Source: Flammeovirgaceae bacterium
GTDB lineage: Bacteria > Bacteroidota > Bacteroidia > Cytophagales > Cyclobacteriaceae
Direction of reading: 5' to 3'
NCBI GenBank assembly: GCA_016712035.1
Contig: JADJRT010000009.1
Span: 95,822 to 159,821 of the forward strand
DNA length: 64,000 nt
Shown here: piece by piece, positions 32,631 to 42,353 of the stretch
How positions within the stretch are numbered: position 1 is the first letter of the stretch
Layout of the letters: each line of letters begins with the position of its first letter
Made by a program: the position numbers and the translations under genes
Notes under the pieces: generated by a model
Database searches by the model: none
What the model was told of the DNA's origin: nothing
Seen by the model: only the letters and a program-made list of their open reading frames with translations

Positions 32631-34531
32631 CATCACACGAAATACTCAAGCAATATTGGGGTTATTCGCAATTCCGTTCTTCACAGCAAGAAATCATTCA
32701 GGCTGTATTGGATAAGAAAGATGTGGTTGCGATTATGCCTACAGGCGGGGGAAAGTCAATTTGTTTTCAAGTCCCTGCTCTAATGCTCGATGGAATCTGT
32801 CTTGTCATTACTCCCCTTATCGCGCTCATGCAAGATCAGGTAAAGCAATTAAAGGCCCGCGGCATTGCTGCGGTTTCTGTTCATGCCGGTATGCATCCAC
32901 GCGAAATTGATATTACTCTTGATAATTGTGTTTACGGTAGTCTAAAATTTCTTTATCTCTCGCCCGAACGGTTACAAACAGATCTGTTTAGAGAAAGAGT
33001 GAAGCGAATGAAAGTTAGTATGGTAGCTATTGACGAAGCGCATTGCATTTCGCAATGGGGGTATGATTTTCGGCCACCGTATTTAAAGATCGCGGAACTA
33101 AGGGAAGTTAAACCCGATGTTCCATTTATTGCGCTCACGGCAACGGCTACTCGTTTAGTTAAGGAGGATATCATAAGCAAACTGGAACTTACAAAGCCTG
33201 AAGTATTTCAAAAGAGTTTTGCCCGCGATAACCTTTCGTTTGTTGTTCGTAAAACGGAGACCAAAGAAAAAAAATTACTAGAAGTGTTGCGCAAGGTGCC
33301 CGGCCCGGCTATAGTTTATGTTCGTTCACGAAAATCGACTGCTACCCTTGCAACCTTTCTTGGTAAGCAGGGAATCTCGGCAACATTTTACCACGCAGGG
33401 TTAACGCATCAGGAGCGTATAGCCCGACAGGAAGAATGGGTTACAAACCAAAGCCGGGTGATGGTGGCCACCAATGCTTTTGGAATGGGCATTGATAAAC
33501 CGGATGTGCGGGTGGTTTTACATTTGGACATCCCCGAAAATCTGGAATCCTATTATCAGGAAGCAGGGCGTGCGGGCCGCGATGGAAGAAGATCGTATGC
33601 AGCAATAATTTTTCATGAAGTGGATGTGCTGGCGCTCGAGAAGAAAGTATTACAAGCACAACCCGAACTGGAGTACTTTAAAAAGATCTATCAGGCTATA
33701 GCCAATTATTTTCAAATTGCAGAAGGGAGCAGCCAGGGCGAGACTTTCAATTTTGTATTAGATGATTTCTGCAAACGATTCAACTTTAGATCCATTGAGG
33801 TTTATCCGGCTCTTAAAAAGCTCGAAGAGTTTGGACTTTTAGAATTCAATGAAAGTTTCTACAGACCCTCGTTGCTTCATTTCTCATTCGATAAAAAGAA
33901 ACTTTACGAGTTTCAGGTGGCCCACGCCCGATTTGATTTGTTGATTAAAGCGTTGTTGCGATTGTATGGCGGTGAGTTGTTTTCTGATTTTACTCCGATT
34001 TCAGAATCGCAGATTGCTTTGATGGTGAAACAGACTATTGGTACAGTCAAGTTAGAACTGGATCAACTTCATAATTTACAAGTAGTCGTCTATGAACCTG
34101 TAAATGAAAGCCCTAAAATTACGCTTGTGTTAGCCCGCCAGGATGCAGATCGGTTGCCTATCGACAAACAAGAATTTAAACGTAGACGAGAGCTTCATCT
34201 CACCAAGATGGAAGCGATAAAAAATTATGCCGAGCAAACGCATCGGTGCCGCATGCAAATTATTCAGGAATATTTTGATGAGGAGACTTATCAAACTTGT
34301 GGTTTGTGCGATGTGTGTATTGAGAAAAGAAGAAAAGAAAACCTGACGGTGCTGAAGGATTATGAGCAACAGGTGATGTACCTCCTAAATAAAAAACCCA
34401 TGACGGTGGAGGAATTAGAAACTTCCGTAGACCCCGCAGAGAAAGAACTATTTATTGATGTAGTTCGCGAAATGGTTGATGCCAATCAGATTGGGTATGA
34501 TGAGTTTTGGGTGTTAAGGGTTCTGAAGTAA
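32627..34531 (+). CDS. recQ: RecQ family ATP-dependent DNA helicase
   Basis: MPTGGGKS, DEAHCISQWGYDFRP, ALTATA, YYQEAGRAGRDG, Zn site CR...CGLCDVC. Confidence 0.93.
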   Translation: MTSHEILKQYWGYSQFRSSQQEIIQAVLDKKDVVAIMPTGGGKSICFQVPALMLDGICLVITPLIALMQDQVKQLKARGIAAVSVHAGMHPREIDITLDNCVYGSLKFLYLSPERLQTDLFRERVKRMKVSMVAIDEAHCISQWGYDFRPPYLKIAELREVKPDVPFIALTATATRLVKEDIISKLELTKPEVFQKSFARDNLSFVVRKTETKEKKLLEVLRKVPGPAIVYVRSRKSTATLATFLGKQGISATFYHAGLTHQERIARQEEWVTNQSRVMVATNAFGMGIDKPDVRVVLHLDIPENLESYYQEAGRAGRDGRRSYAAIIFHEVDVLALEKKVLQAQPELEYFKKIYQAIANYFQIAEGSSQGETFNFVLDDFCKRFNFRSIEVYPALKKLEEFGLLEFNESFYRPSLLHFSFDKKKLYEFQVAHARFDLLIKALLRLYGGELFSDFTPISESQIALMVKQTIGTVKLELDQLHNLQVVVYEPVNESPKITLVLARQDADRLPIDKQEFKRRRELHLTKMEAIKNYAEQTHRCRMQIIQEYFDEETYQTCGLCDVCIEKRRKENLTVLKDYEQQVMYLLNKKPMTVEELETSVDPAEKELFIDVVREMVDANQIGYDEFWVLRVLK

Positions 34532-34610
34532 TTGTTGAGTTTTGATTACATCTCGACTGAAAAAACTTTTGAATGGCCCAATTTTAGGGGTGCTTACAGT
34601 TAGCCTAAGC

Positions 34611-35198
34611 CTACTTTCCCTTTCTAATTCTCTCAACTTCCAATGATTGCTCAAAATGTCGCTTTTCGTGGCTAACAATTATGGTAAATGCTGTTTCCAA
34701 CTTATACACAATGTTTCTATTAGCGGGTGATGAAATTATGGTCCCTTTATCTAGTAAGTCTGAGCTTGATTGAATTAATATTTTTAATTCGTTTTGATTT
34801 TTTTCAAACCTCTCCCAGATATCTTCCTTAATGTCACTTTTTATTGGTTCCCAAATTGGAAAAGTTTTCATTCTTTTTTTTCTGTCAGGCTGAACAGCTT
34901 TTAAGACTGTCCGCCCAAAAAATGAAACCATGAAGTCAAATTTTGCTAGAAATGGAAGTATGTATGTCCCTTCTTTAACTGCTTTAATTACAGGATGGTA
35001 TGTCGCGTTAATAACAATTAAATGATCGAGGTTTTGTCCAATACTCCAAGTATTCTGATTGGGCTTCCAATTCAATTCGGTAATTGTTAACGTCCCAAAT
35101 GATTGTTTGAAGTCGCTCGTTATTTTATCAATCTGGTCGATCCACTGTTCTTGAATATTCATAAGTGTAAAATTGTTCTTTTGTTTGGTCTGTCCCAT
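34611..35198 (-). CDS. DinB family protein
   Basis: LNWKP...WSIGQNLDHL, HEKRHFEQ metal-binding His pattern; start may be ATG 35162. Confidence 0.8.
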   Translation of the reverse strand: MGQTKQKNNFTLMNIQEQWIDQIDKITSDFKQSFGTLTITELNWKPNQNTWSIGQNLDHLIVINATYHPVIKAVKEGTYILPFLAKFDFMVSFFGRTVLKAVQPDRKKRMKTFPIWEPIKSDIKEDIWERFEKNQNELKILIQSSSDLLDKGTIISSPANRNIVYKLETAFTIIVSHEKRHFEQSLEVERIRKGK

Positions 35199-35324
35199 TC
35201 TTACTATTTATTTTTGCCTTTTTCTCTGGTAGCGGGTCAGGTGACCCGATACAATGAATATTTTGACCAACAATAACGAGTTATATTTTTTGTGACATTT
35301 GATAAATATTGCACAATACAAATG

Positions 35325-36135
35325 TCACTGCGTCTTACCCCCAAGCCATAGCAAGGCTTCAAGGATCAACGTATTTTTTTTGAGGTTTGCTTGCAAAAGT
35401 AGAAGACAACGTTTTGTTGGTTTTGCCTTCGTAATCAATATCGTTATGGCCCATATTGAAGTAGATCATGCGATAGTTTTTATTTGTCCAAACAACTGGA
35501 TAATAACCCTGGTGCCAGATTTCGTGTGGCTTCGGTCCTGTACCTAACGGAAAGCTGGTAGAGTCTATAGACAAAAGAATTTGAATGTTTTTGTCTTTAC
35601 GTAAGTCGTTACTCCACCGATACCATTCGTTAGGTGCGGAAGTAAATGTTGTCGGTAAATGTTTTGTTGCCGGATGCGTTTTGGTTTCCACACGAAGAAT
35701 CGCTGAGGTAGGTCTCCAGGTGTTACTCGCATACGAACCCGCTCCTAAAAATTCCTCATGATACCAATTCCAGTCTTGCGGAAAATCGGAAGAGGTGAGG
35801 GCAAAGCCTGCAAAATGAAATCCCATCCAGGCACCGCCTTGCTTCATGTAGTTTTCAAAAGCCAATCGCTGTGCCTCAATTTCTGGTCTTGTATCTAAAA
35901 ATAGAACTACCTGGTAGCGGGATAAAAATTCCGTATTGAGATTTGCCCAGTTGCTCGTTGTGTCATAGACAAAATTATGCTTCTTGTCCATAGCTGTAAA
36001 CCACGAATTTGCCTCACCGACAAAGCTAATGTGCGCCTGATCTTTTTTTGCCGTAAAAAAAGCAATAACCCGAAAGGTTGGATGCGAATAGGCGACATGA
36101 GAAAACGAGATCAGAAGAATAAGAAGCGCACGCAT
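35325..36135 (-). CDS. ThuA-like domain protein (indel near 35375)
   Basis: Signal peptide; AFENYMKQGGAWMGFH, HPATKHLP, NEWY, YFNMGH. Confidence 0.8.
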
Positions 36136-36140
36136 CAACT

Positions 36141-36944
36141 TTAAGATTTTTGTTTTGCACGCCTTCTTTTAATCCACCAGAAAATAATAATGGCACCACC
36201 TAATACAAATGGCCAAAAGCTTACCATCCCAATCAAAAACGAGAGCAGGTTATCCCAGCCATCTTTCAGCGATTGAACAAACTTGGAAGCAAATCCAAAA
36301 TCAGTTCCCAACACCTGATAATAAGAAACATTTAATGTGCTAAACGAAACCTGATTCTTTAAATAATTCAATCGACCCGTCATCGATTCAATCTCAGCTC
36401 TAACGTTGGCAATCTGACTTTCAATACTAATAATATCAGAAACTGTTTTTGCCTGCTTCAGAATTTCACTATAACGAGCTTCCAGTTCTTTTTTTGTTTT
36501 CAGCCGTGCTTCAACATCAATAAACTCTTCGGTTACATCTTGTGTGTTGATGCCTTTGTTTTCAACCTTGTCGGCCAGCTTTTCAATACTGGCAATCAGC
36601 GCATCGAATTGATCGGTCGGTACCCGAATCGTTTGATTGTATTGCACCCGCGCATCGTAGTTGTCTTCGGTTTCATCAGAGATGTAGCCGTTTAACTCCT
36701 TGCTTATTTTTTCAATCTCAACTTTTACTTTCTTAACATCATCAGTTTTGAATTCAAGGTGCCCGTTACGGATTAGCTTACGATCGATGGTCATTGTATT
36801 TCCAGATTCTGATTCTTGAGCAGGAGCCATCATGGCTACTTCCTTATAATTGGGTTGTTGATCAGATTCAACTCTCATGGAATTCCTTCCATCGTTGCAT
36901 GATAAAAACGTAACAGCGAGTACGAGGATGAGGTAGGACTTCAT
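36141..36944 (-). CDS. DUF4349 domain lipoprotein
   Basis: Lipobox FLSC; RKLIRNG.L, TIRVP, QDVTEEFID.EARL, coiled coil, C-terminal TM. Confidence 0.85.
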   Translation of the reverse strand: MKSYLILVLAVTFLSCNDGRNSMRVESDQQPNYKEVAMMAPAQESESGNTMTIDRKLIRNGHLEFKTDDVKKVKVEIEKISKELNGYISDETEDNYDARVQYNQTIRVPTDQFDALIASIEKLADKVENKGINTQDVTEEFIDVEARLKTKKELEARYSEILKQAKTVSDIISIESQIANVRAEIESMTGRLNYLKNQVSFSTLNVSYYQVLGTDFGFASKFVQSLKDGWDNLLSFLIGMVSFWPFVLGGAIIIFWWIKRRRAKQKS

Positions 36945-36972
36945 ATTTATTAATTATTTATACAAGGTAAAT

Positions 36973-37000
36973 AAAAAAGTCAGGCTTTGTAGCCTGACCT
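36973..37000 (-). terminator. Intrinsic terminator after pgk
   Basis: GTCAGGCT-ACAA-AGCCTGAC-TTTTTT on the minus strand. Confidence 0.75.
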
Positions 37001-37023
37001 TAACGAGTTGAGGTGCAGAATTA

Positions 37024-38208
37024 TTATTCAAGAGCTTTTACACCCGGTAGCACTTTGCCTTCAAAGTATTCGAGCAACGCACCGCCCCCGGTGGACACAT
37101 AACTCACTTTTTCTTCGAAGCCAAATTTGGCAACAGCCGCAGCCGAATCGCCACCACCAATCAAAGAGAAGGCGCCTTTGTCGGTAGCGCGTACTACTGC
37201 TTCAGCTACGGATTTCGTTCCGCTTTCGAACTTGGTCATTTCAAATACGCCCATCGGGCCATTCCATAAAATGGTTTTAGAGTCTTCAATTACTTTTGAA
37301 AAAACCTGTGTAGCCTGCGGTCCGATATCCAAACCCATCCAGCCATCGGGAATGGCGTTGTTATTTACAATTTGTGTATTGGCTTGCGCATCTACTTTAT
37401 CACCGTCCACGGAGTCGATAGGCAAGTGAAGTTCAACACCTTTTGCTTTTGCTTTTTGAATAAGCTCTTTGGCTAAATCAAGTTTATCTAATTCAACCAA
37501 TGAGTTTCCAATATTTCCGCCTAAAGCTTTAAAGAAAGTATAAGACATACCACCACCAATAATCAGGTGGTTTACTTTGTCCAGCAACTTTTCGATCAGC
37601 AAAATCTTATCGGATATTTTAGCACCACCCATAATGGCAGTAAAAGGCTTAACAGAATTCTCCAGCACTTTTTTAGCGTTTTCTAATTCGGCTGCCATTA
37701 CAAGGCCGGCACATTTGTCTTTAAAAAACTGAGCAACAATAGTGGTGGATGCGTGGGCCCGGTGTGCTGTGCCGAATGCATCATTCACATACAGATCGCC
37801 ATGCTTGGAAAGTTTTTCCGCAAAAGCCACATCTCCTTTTTCTTCCTGCTTATAGAAACGTAAATTTTCAAGTAGCAAAACTTGACCAGGTTTTAGCGAG
37901 CCCGAAAGTTTATAACTCTCATCGCCAATGCAGTCTGCGGCAAATTTAACAGGCACACCTAATAGTGCCTCCGTTGTTTTGATGGCATGTTTTAGTGAAT
38001 ACTTATCTTCAGGTCCCTCTTTAGGTCTTCCTAAGTGTGACATTAACACGCAACTGCCACCATCGCCCAAAATTTTCTTTAATGTGGGAATAGTTGCCCG
38101 GATGCGATTGTCGTCCGTTACTTCAAAATTCTTATTTAGAGGAACATTAAAATCAACACGAATGAGGGCACGCTTGCCGCTGAAATTGAAATCGTTAATA
38201 GTCTTCAT
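37024..38208 (-). CDS. pgk: Phosphoglycerate kinase
   Basis: RVDFNVP, SHLGRP, LLENLRF, DAFGTAHRAHAS, WNGPMGVFE, STGGGA. Confidence 0.98.
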   Translation of the reverse strand: MKTINDFNFSGKRALIRVDFNVPLNKNFEVTDDNRIRATIPTLKKILGDGGSCVLMSHLGRPKEGPEDKYSLKHAIKTTEALLGVPVKFAADCIGDESYKLSGSLKPGQVLLLENLRFYKQEEKGDVAFAEKLSKHGDLYVNDAFGTAHRAHASTTIVAQFFKDKCAGLVMAAELENAKKVLENSVKPFTAIMGGAKISDKILLIEKLLDKVNHLIIGGGMSYTFFKALGGNIGNSLVELDKLDLAKELIQKAKAKGVELHLPIDSVDGDKVDAQANTQIVNNNAIPDGWMGLDIGPQATQVFSKVIEDSKTILWNGPMGVFEMTKFESGTKSVAEAVVRATDKGAFSLIGGGDSAAAVAKFGFEEKVSYVSTGGGALLEYFEGKVLPGVKALE

Positions 38209-38279
38209 AGGTCACTTTTTTTGAGGTGCCTAAGGTAGTGAATGATCTGGTAGCGGAGTAAAATGTTACTGGCTATTTT

Positions 38280-38783
38280 TCAGCAAACGATTGAAGGTTC
38301 GTTCAAACGATGAGGGAGAATCTCCATCCACTTATCGGATTCAGCATAGTGCCTCAACGTTTCGTTTCTTTGTTCGAGTAATCGGGTTAGGTATCCTTTC
38401 AGGAATAAAACATCAGCAGCGTCCCCCAGAATTCCTAAAGGCGATTCATAATAGAAATGATCTACCATAACCGTGTCTTCCCCCATCGCGTAGAAAAAGT
38501 GATCGTGAATCATATTTTTGAAAAATCCGCTTACCATTTCATCGGTAAAGAAGAACGGCCGTGTGTATTTGCTGATTTTAGTTTCTAAGGTTTGACGAAT
38601 GCCCAGGTGCGTGGCTTGCCACAATACCTTTTGATTGGGCCCTATAAGGCCTGAAGTGATACCACCTACCGCTTCTTCTTTTGTATGTTGAACGGAGATT
38701 TTATGTAGATCGATACTGCGCGATAAGTCAAAGCAAATCTCGATAGGCGCTTTAATTAAGGTGGTTAGTTCGATCTTATTCAT
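38280..38783 (-). CDS. SRPBCC family protein
   Basis: IKAPIEICFDLSRSIDLH, F.DEMVSG.FK..HDH.F, SPLGILG. Confidence 0.82.
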   Translation of the reverse strand: MNKIELTTLIKAPIEICFDLSRSIDLHKISVQHTKEEAVGGITSGLIGPNQKVLWQATHLGIRQTLETKISKYTRPFFFTDEMVSGFFKNMIHDHFFYAMGEDTVMVDHFYYESPLGILGDAADVLFLKGYLTRLLEQRNETLRHYAESDKWMEILPHRLNEPSIVC

Positions 38784-39905
38784 TTAGTCTCCATTATCTC
38801 CAAAACTGATCCCAAGTCCTTTCGCAGCATTAACCAAAAAAGAATCCTGCTTCAACGTATTGTATTCTTTGGTGGCTTCTTCCAGTGAAACAGAAGTAAT
38901 TGTATTATTCTTAAACGCGACCATGCAGCCAAAATTTTTCTCAAGGGCAAGTTCAAATGCTTTAACGCCAAAGAGCGATGCCAGCACCCGATCAAAAGCA
39001 ATAGGTGTTCCACCGCGTTGCACATGACCTAAAACAGTTTCACGGATTTCGGCTGTGCAGCCTGCATCTTTAAGTTGTTTGGAAAGTTGGTAAGCAACAC
39101 CGCCCAGGCGAACATGTTCCGATCCTTTGTCACCCGCAGAAGATGTAATCGTGCCGGCTTTTGGTTTGGCACCTTCGGCTATAACAATGTTGGCGAAGCC
39201 ACGTCCGTTTTTATAACGGCTATTGATCCGCTTCACCAACTTATTGATGTCGTAAGGTATTTCAGGAATCAAGCAAATTTCAGCACCTCCGGCAATCGCA
39301 GTATGTAAGGCAATCCATCCAGCATCGCGACCCATTACCTCCATAATCATTACCCTATGGTGACTTTCTGCTGTTGTTACCAATTTATCGAAACTGTCGG
39401 TGGCGATTTGTACAGCAGTTTGAAATCCAAAGGTTAGGTCGGTAGCCGATAGATCATTATCGATAGTTTTAGGAACACCAATCATGGGAATTCCTTTATC
39501 AAAAAGTGCCTTGGAAATTTTTTGAGAACCGTCTCCGCCAATATTTACGATAGCATCGAAGTTTAATAAATGAAGTTTCTTCACAAGTTCGTCCGTTCGA
39601 TCCACAAATCGAATTGCACCGTTAGGCTGCGGGTAGGGAAATTTTATGGGATTCCCTTTATTAGTAGTTTTTAAAATGGTTCCACCCTTTACGTGAATTC
39701 CTGCGGTAGCCTTACTGGTGAGTTTGATTATCTCCTGGGGTTCATTTAAAACTCCATTAAAGGCTTCAATACTACCATATACTTCCCAGTCTTCATTTTT
39801 TGAGAACTTACTTTGCTTGCGTGCGCGCTTGCAGATTCCGCGGATAACTGCATTCAGGCCGGGTGAGTCGCCACCCCCTGTCAATACAAGAATTCTTTTC
39901 GTCAT
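38784..39905 (-). CDS. pfkA: 6-phosphofructokinase (GGDGS + PKTIDND type)
   Basis: LTGGGDSPGLNA, GGTIL, IGGDGS, PKTIDND, EVMGR.AGW, LGHVQRGG. Confidence 0.93.
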   Translation of the reverse strand: MTKRILVLTGGGDSPGLNAVIRGICKRARKQSKFSKNEDWEVYGSIEAFNGVLNEPQEIIKLTSKATAGIHVKGGTILKTTNKGNPIKFPYPQPNGAIRFVDRTDELVKKLHLLNFDAIVNIGGDGSQKISKALFDKGIPMIGVPKTIDNDLSATDLTFGFQTAVQIATDSFDKLVTTAESHHRVMIMEVMGRDAGWIALHTAIAGGAEICLIPEIPYDINKLVKRINSRYKNGRGFANIVIAEGAKPKAGTITSSAGDKGSEHVRLGGVAYQLSKQLKDAGCTAEIRETVLGHVQRGGTPIAFDRVLASLFGVKAFELALEKNFGCMVAFKNNTITSVSLEEATKEYNTLKQDSFLVNAAKGLGISFGDNGD

Positions 39906-40006
39906 TTCTCTAATAAGTCTCTAATGATTTCAGGCAATTGCCTTGAATTAATTTATCAATATCTAAGTAAGATATTAAATGGAAACGATTTCGAAGGAAA
40001 TATTTT

Positions 40007-40963
40007 TTAATCTGCTGCGGCTCTTCGCAAGCGGTCATTAATGGCTTTGCCGAGGCCCTCGGATGGTAAAAATTCCGCCAATATTACATCAATTTCTTTT
40101 TTATCCAGTTCACGAAGGGCGGCAAACAAGTGCTGGGCAGCTTCTTCTATATTTCCAGATCTCGAGAGAATAATTTGATTTTTGGGGTCCACCTGTTCAA
40201 TACCTTTTTGAAAGGCTAAGACCCCAACTCTCAGATGAGAATATTGAGGTAACAATTCGAGCAAATTTCCAATCTTGACTTTTTTTTGAGGTGCGTAGTG
40301 ACTTTTTAATTGACCTGGGGCCTTGGGATTGGACGAGCTATTCAATTGGATTTCTACTTTTCCGATCTCTTTTTCAATGTCTTCTACACGCAAGCCACCC
40401 AATCTATAAATTATTGCGCGGTCATTCTCAAAACCTATGATAGTGGATTCAAGACCCACCCGACACTCACCACCATCCAGAATATATTTTATTTGATCAC
40501 CTAGTTGATCATTCACATGATCGGGTCGTGTTGGACTAACATACCCAAAAGGATTGGCGCTGGGTGCAGCCAGCGGAAAGGATAGGGATTGTAGCAGTGA
40601 CTGCGTTAATGGATGATCAGGACATCGAACACCAACTGTATCCATGCCTGAGGTAACGAGATCGGGAATAATGGTTTTCTTTTTTAAAAGTAGTGTAAGT
40701 GGACCCGGCCAAAATTTTAAAGCCAGTTTTTCGGCCTTGGCGGGAAAGGGCTCAACAAGTTCCTTAGCCTGCGCCATGTTGGCCACATGCACGATAAGCG
40801 GATCAAACTGAGGTCTGTTTTTTACTTGAAAAATTTGTATGATGGCTTTCGAGTCGAGTGCATTACCGGCAAGACCATAGACAGTTTCGGTCGGAATAGC
40901 AACCAGATTGCCCTGATCGAGTAATTCTCTTGCTTTCTTGAGATCCCTTCCGATTTCTGCCAT
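40007..40963 (-). CDS. L-threonylcarbamoyladenylate synthase (Sua5/TsaC2)
   Basis: PTETVYGL, KNRP..DPLIVH, FWPGPLT, AAPSAN, APGQLKSHYAP, AINDRLRRAA. Confidence 0.93.
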   Translation of the reverse strand: MAEIGRDLKKARELLDQGNLVAIPTETVYGLAGNALDSKAIIQIFQVKNRPQFDPLIVHVANMAQAKELVEPFPAKAEKLALKFWPGPLTLLLKKKTIIPDLVTSGMDTVGVRCPDHPLTQSLLQSLSFPLAAPSANPFGYVSPTRPDHVNDQLGDQIKYILDGGECRVGLESTIIGFENDRAIIYRLGGLRVEDIEKEIGKVEIQLNSSSNPKAPGQLKSHYAPQKKVKIGNLLELLPQYSHLRVGVLAFQKGIEQVDPKNQIILSRSGNIEEAAQHLFAALRELDKKEIDVILAEFLPSEGLGKAINDRLRRAAAD

Positions 40964-41024
40964 AGCCGCAAAGCTAAAACTAATCTCAAAATGTTATTGG
41001 CTGGAGTTAAGTAAACTTGACCAA

Positions 41025-41090
41025 TGTCAGCCTGAGCTTGTCGAAGGCGATTCGAGTTCAAAAGCCGGTTTCGACAGGCTCAACCAGACA
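41025..41090. repeat. REP-like palindromic element
   Basis: TGTCAGCCTGAGCTTGTCGAAGGC ... TTCGACAGGCTCAACCAGACA; the two halves are inverted copies. Confidence 0.65.
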
Positions 41091-41218
41091 ACACACTTTT
41101 TGTTTTTATAGCTCCAATTATTAAAAGATATAAATTGACCTAATACTAATCGGGTGACTGAATTTTAATTTGTGCTGAAAAAATAAAGACTGTATGTTGC
41201 ATATAATTCAAAAGAGAT

Positions 41219-41380
41219 ATGAGCAATAAAACCCGATCGATTTTAAAAGCTATAGCCGTAATTCTGGTATTGCTGGCCGTTTTGATGGAGTTAAAATTTG
41301 TAATTATTCCCGTGCTGGTGGTCTACAAATTTTGGATTCTGGTAATCGCTTTCGGCTTACTGTTGGTTGGCTCGAAGTGA
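41219..41380 (+). CDS. Small two-TM membrane protein (53 aa), below ORF-track cutoff
   Basis: MSNKTRSILKAIAVILVLLAVLMELKFVIIPVLVVYKFWILVIAFGLLLVGSK*. Confidence 0.65.
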   Translation: MSNKTRSILKAIAVILVLLAVLMELKFVIIPVLVVYKFWILVIAFGLLLVGSK

Positions 41381-41902
41381 TTTTATTTTCATCCGGATTA
41401 CCGAGCGCTCGGGATTGTAATCTTCCAGCGTGTCTAAGGTGATCCATTTCACATCGTGCGATTCGTTACTCACAATGATTTGATCACTCATGGACGCTTC
41501 TAAAAGATACCGGATATCAAAATGAAAATGCTCGGGAAAGTCTGCGCGCTTAGGAATGAGATGAATGTCAACATCGAAGGGCGTATCATTAACCACTCGT
41601 AATTTTTTTAAACCGGTTTCTTCTTCCGCTTCGCGCAAGGCTACTTGTAAAATATTTTCATCCCCATCGGCATGGCCACCGGGTTGAACCCACTTGTTTA
41701 ATTTAGCGTGGTGTACTAATAATGCTTGTGTATTAGAAGGATCGACAATCCAGGCAGAGCCGGTGATATGGCCCGGCAAATGAGTACGATCAAAACAATT
41801 CGTCTGCTTTTGTAATTCAAGAAAGCGCGGAATAAACAGGGCTTCATCGGTATAACTCGTTTGATAGTCCGAAAAGAAACGGACCAACGACTCACTATTC
41901 AT
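41357..41902 (-). CDS. NUDIX hydrolase
   Basis: GHITGSAW, QPGGHADG....VALREAEEETGL Nudix box, H.HFDIRY. Confidence 0.9.
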   Translation of the reverse strand: MNSESLVRFFSDYQTSYTDEALFIPRFLELQKQTNCFDRTHLPGHITGSAWIVDPSNTQALLVHHAKLNKWVQPGGHADGDENILQVALREAEEETGLKKLRVVNDTPFDVDIHLIPKRADFPEHFHFDIRYLLEASMSDQIIVSNESHDVKWITLDTLEDYNPERSVIRMKIKSLRANQQ

Positions 41903-41908
41903 TCGTAT

Positions 41909-42263
41909 TTATTGAATAACAATAGTAACCTTATTGAATCGCCCGTCTTCGAGTTTACCAATAATTTCGCCACCCCCCGAGTTGTCCTTATCATCCTTTC
42001 GAGCAATCACATAAAATGAAACAGCTTTCATTTTCTTAAGTTTAACCTGTCCCTTGTCATCGGAGATTCCTTCGGCAAACCACATTTACTTCTTTCAGGT
42101 AGTCTTGTTCATTTTCAAAAAGCTTCACTTCGGCACCGCTTACAATATTTCCTACTTCATCGCGCACGGAAATGGTAAGCGATGTATTCAAAATCTGAGC
42201 TGAGGTGCTCGTATAAGAGAAAGTGAGGAGGGCAACGGCTGCGAAAAGTATAAACGTTTTCAT
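41909..42263 (-). CDS. Secreted carboxypeptidase-regulatory-like domain protein (indel near 42065)
   Basis: Signal peptide; VRDEVGNIVSGAEVKLF; shifted tail YVIARKDDKDNSGGG...NKVTIVIQ*. Confidence 0.6.
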
Positions 42264-42353
42264 GATTTAATAGATAAAGGGTTCGTAATAGTATTAACAG
42301 TACATAGTTACACAAATGAGGCAAGAAAATAAACTTTCTGGCTGATCCGTTTT

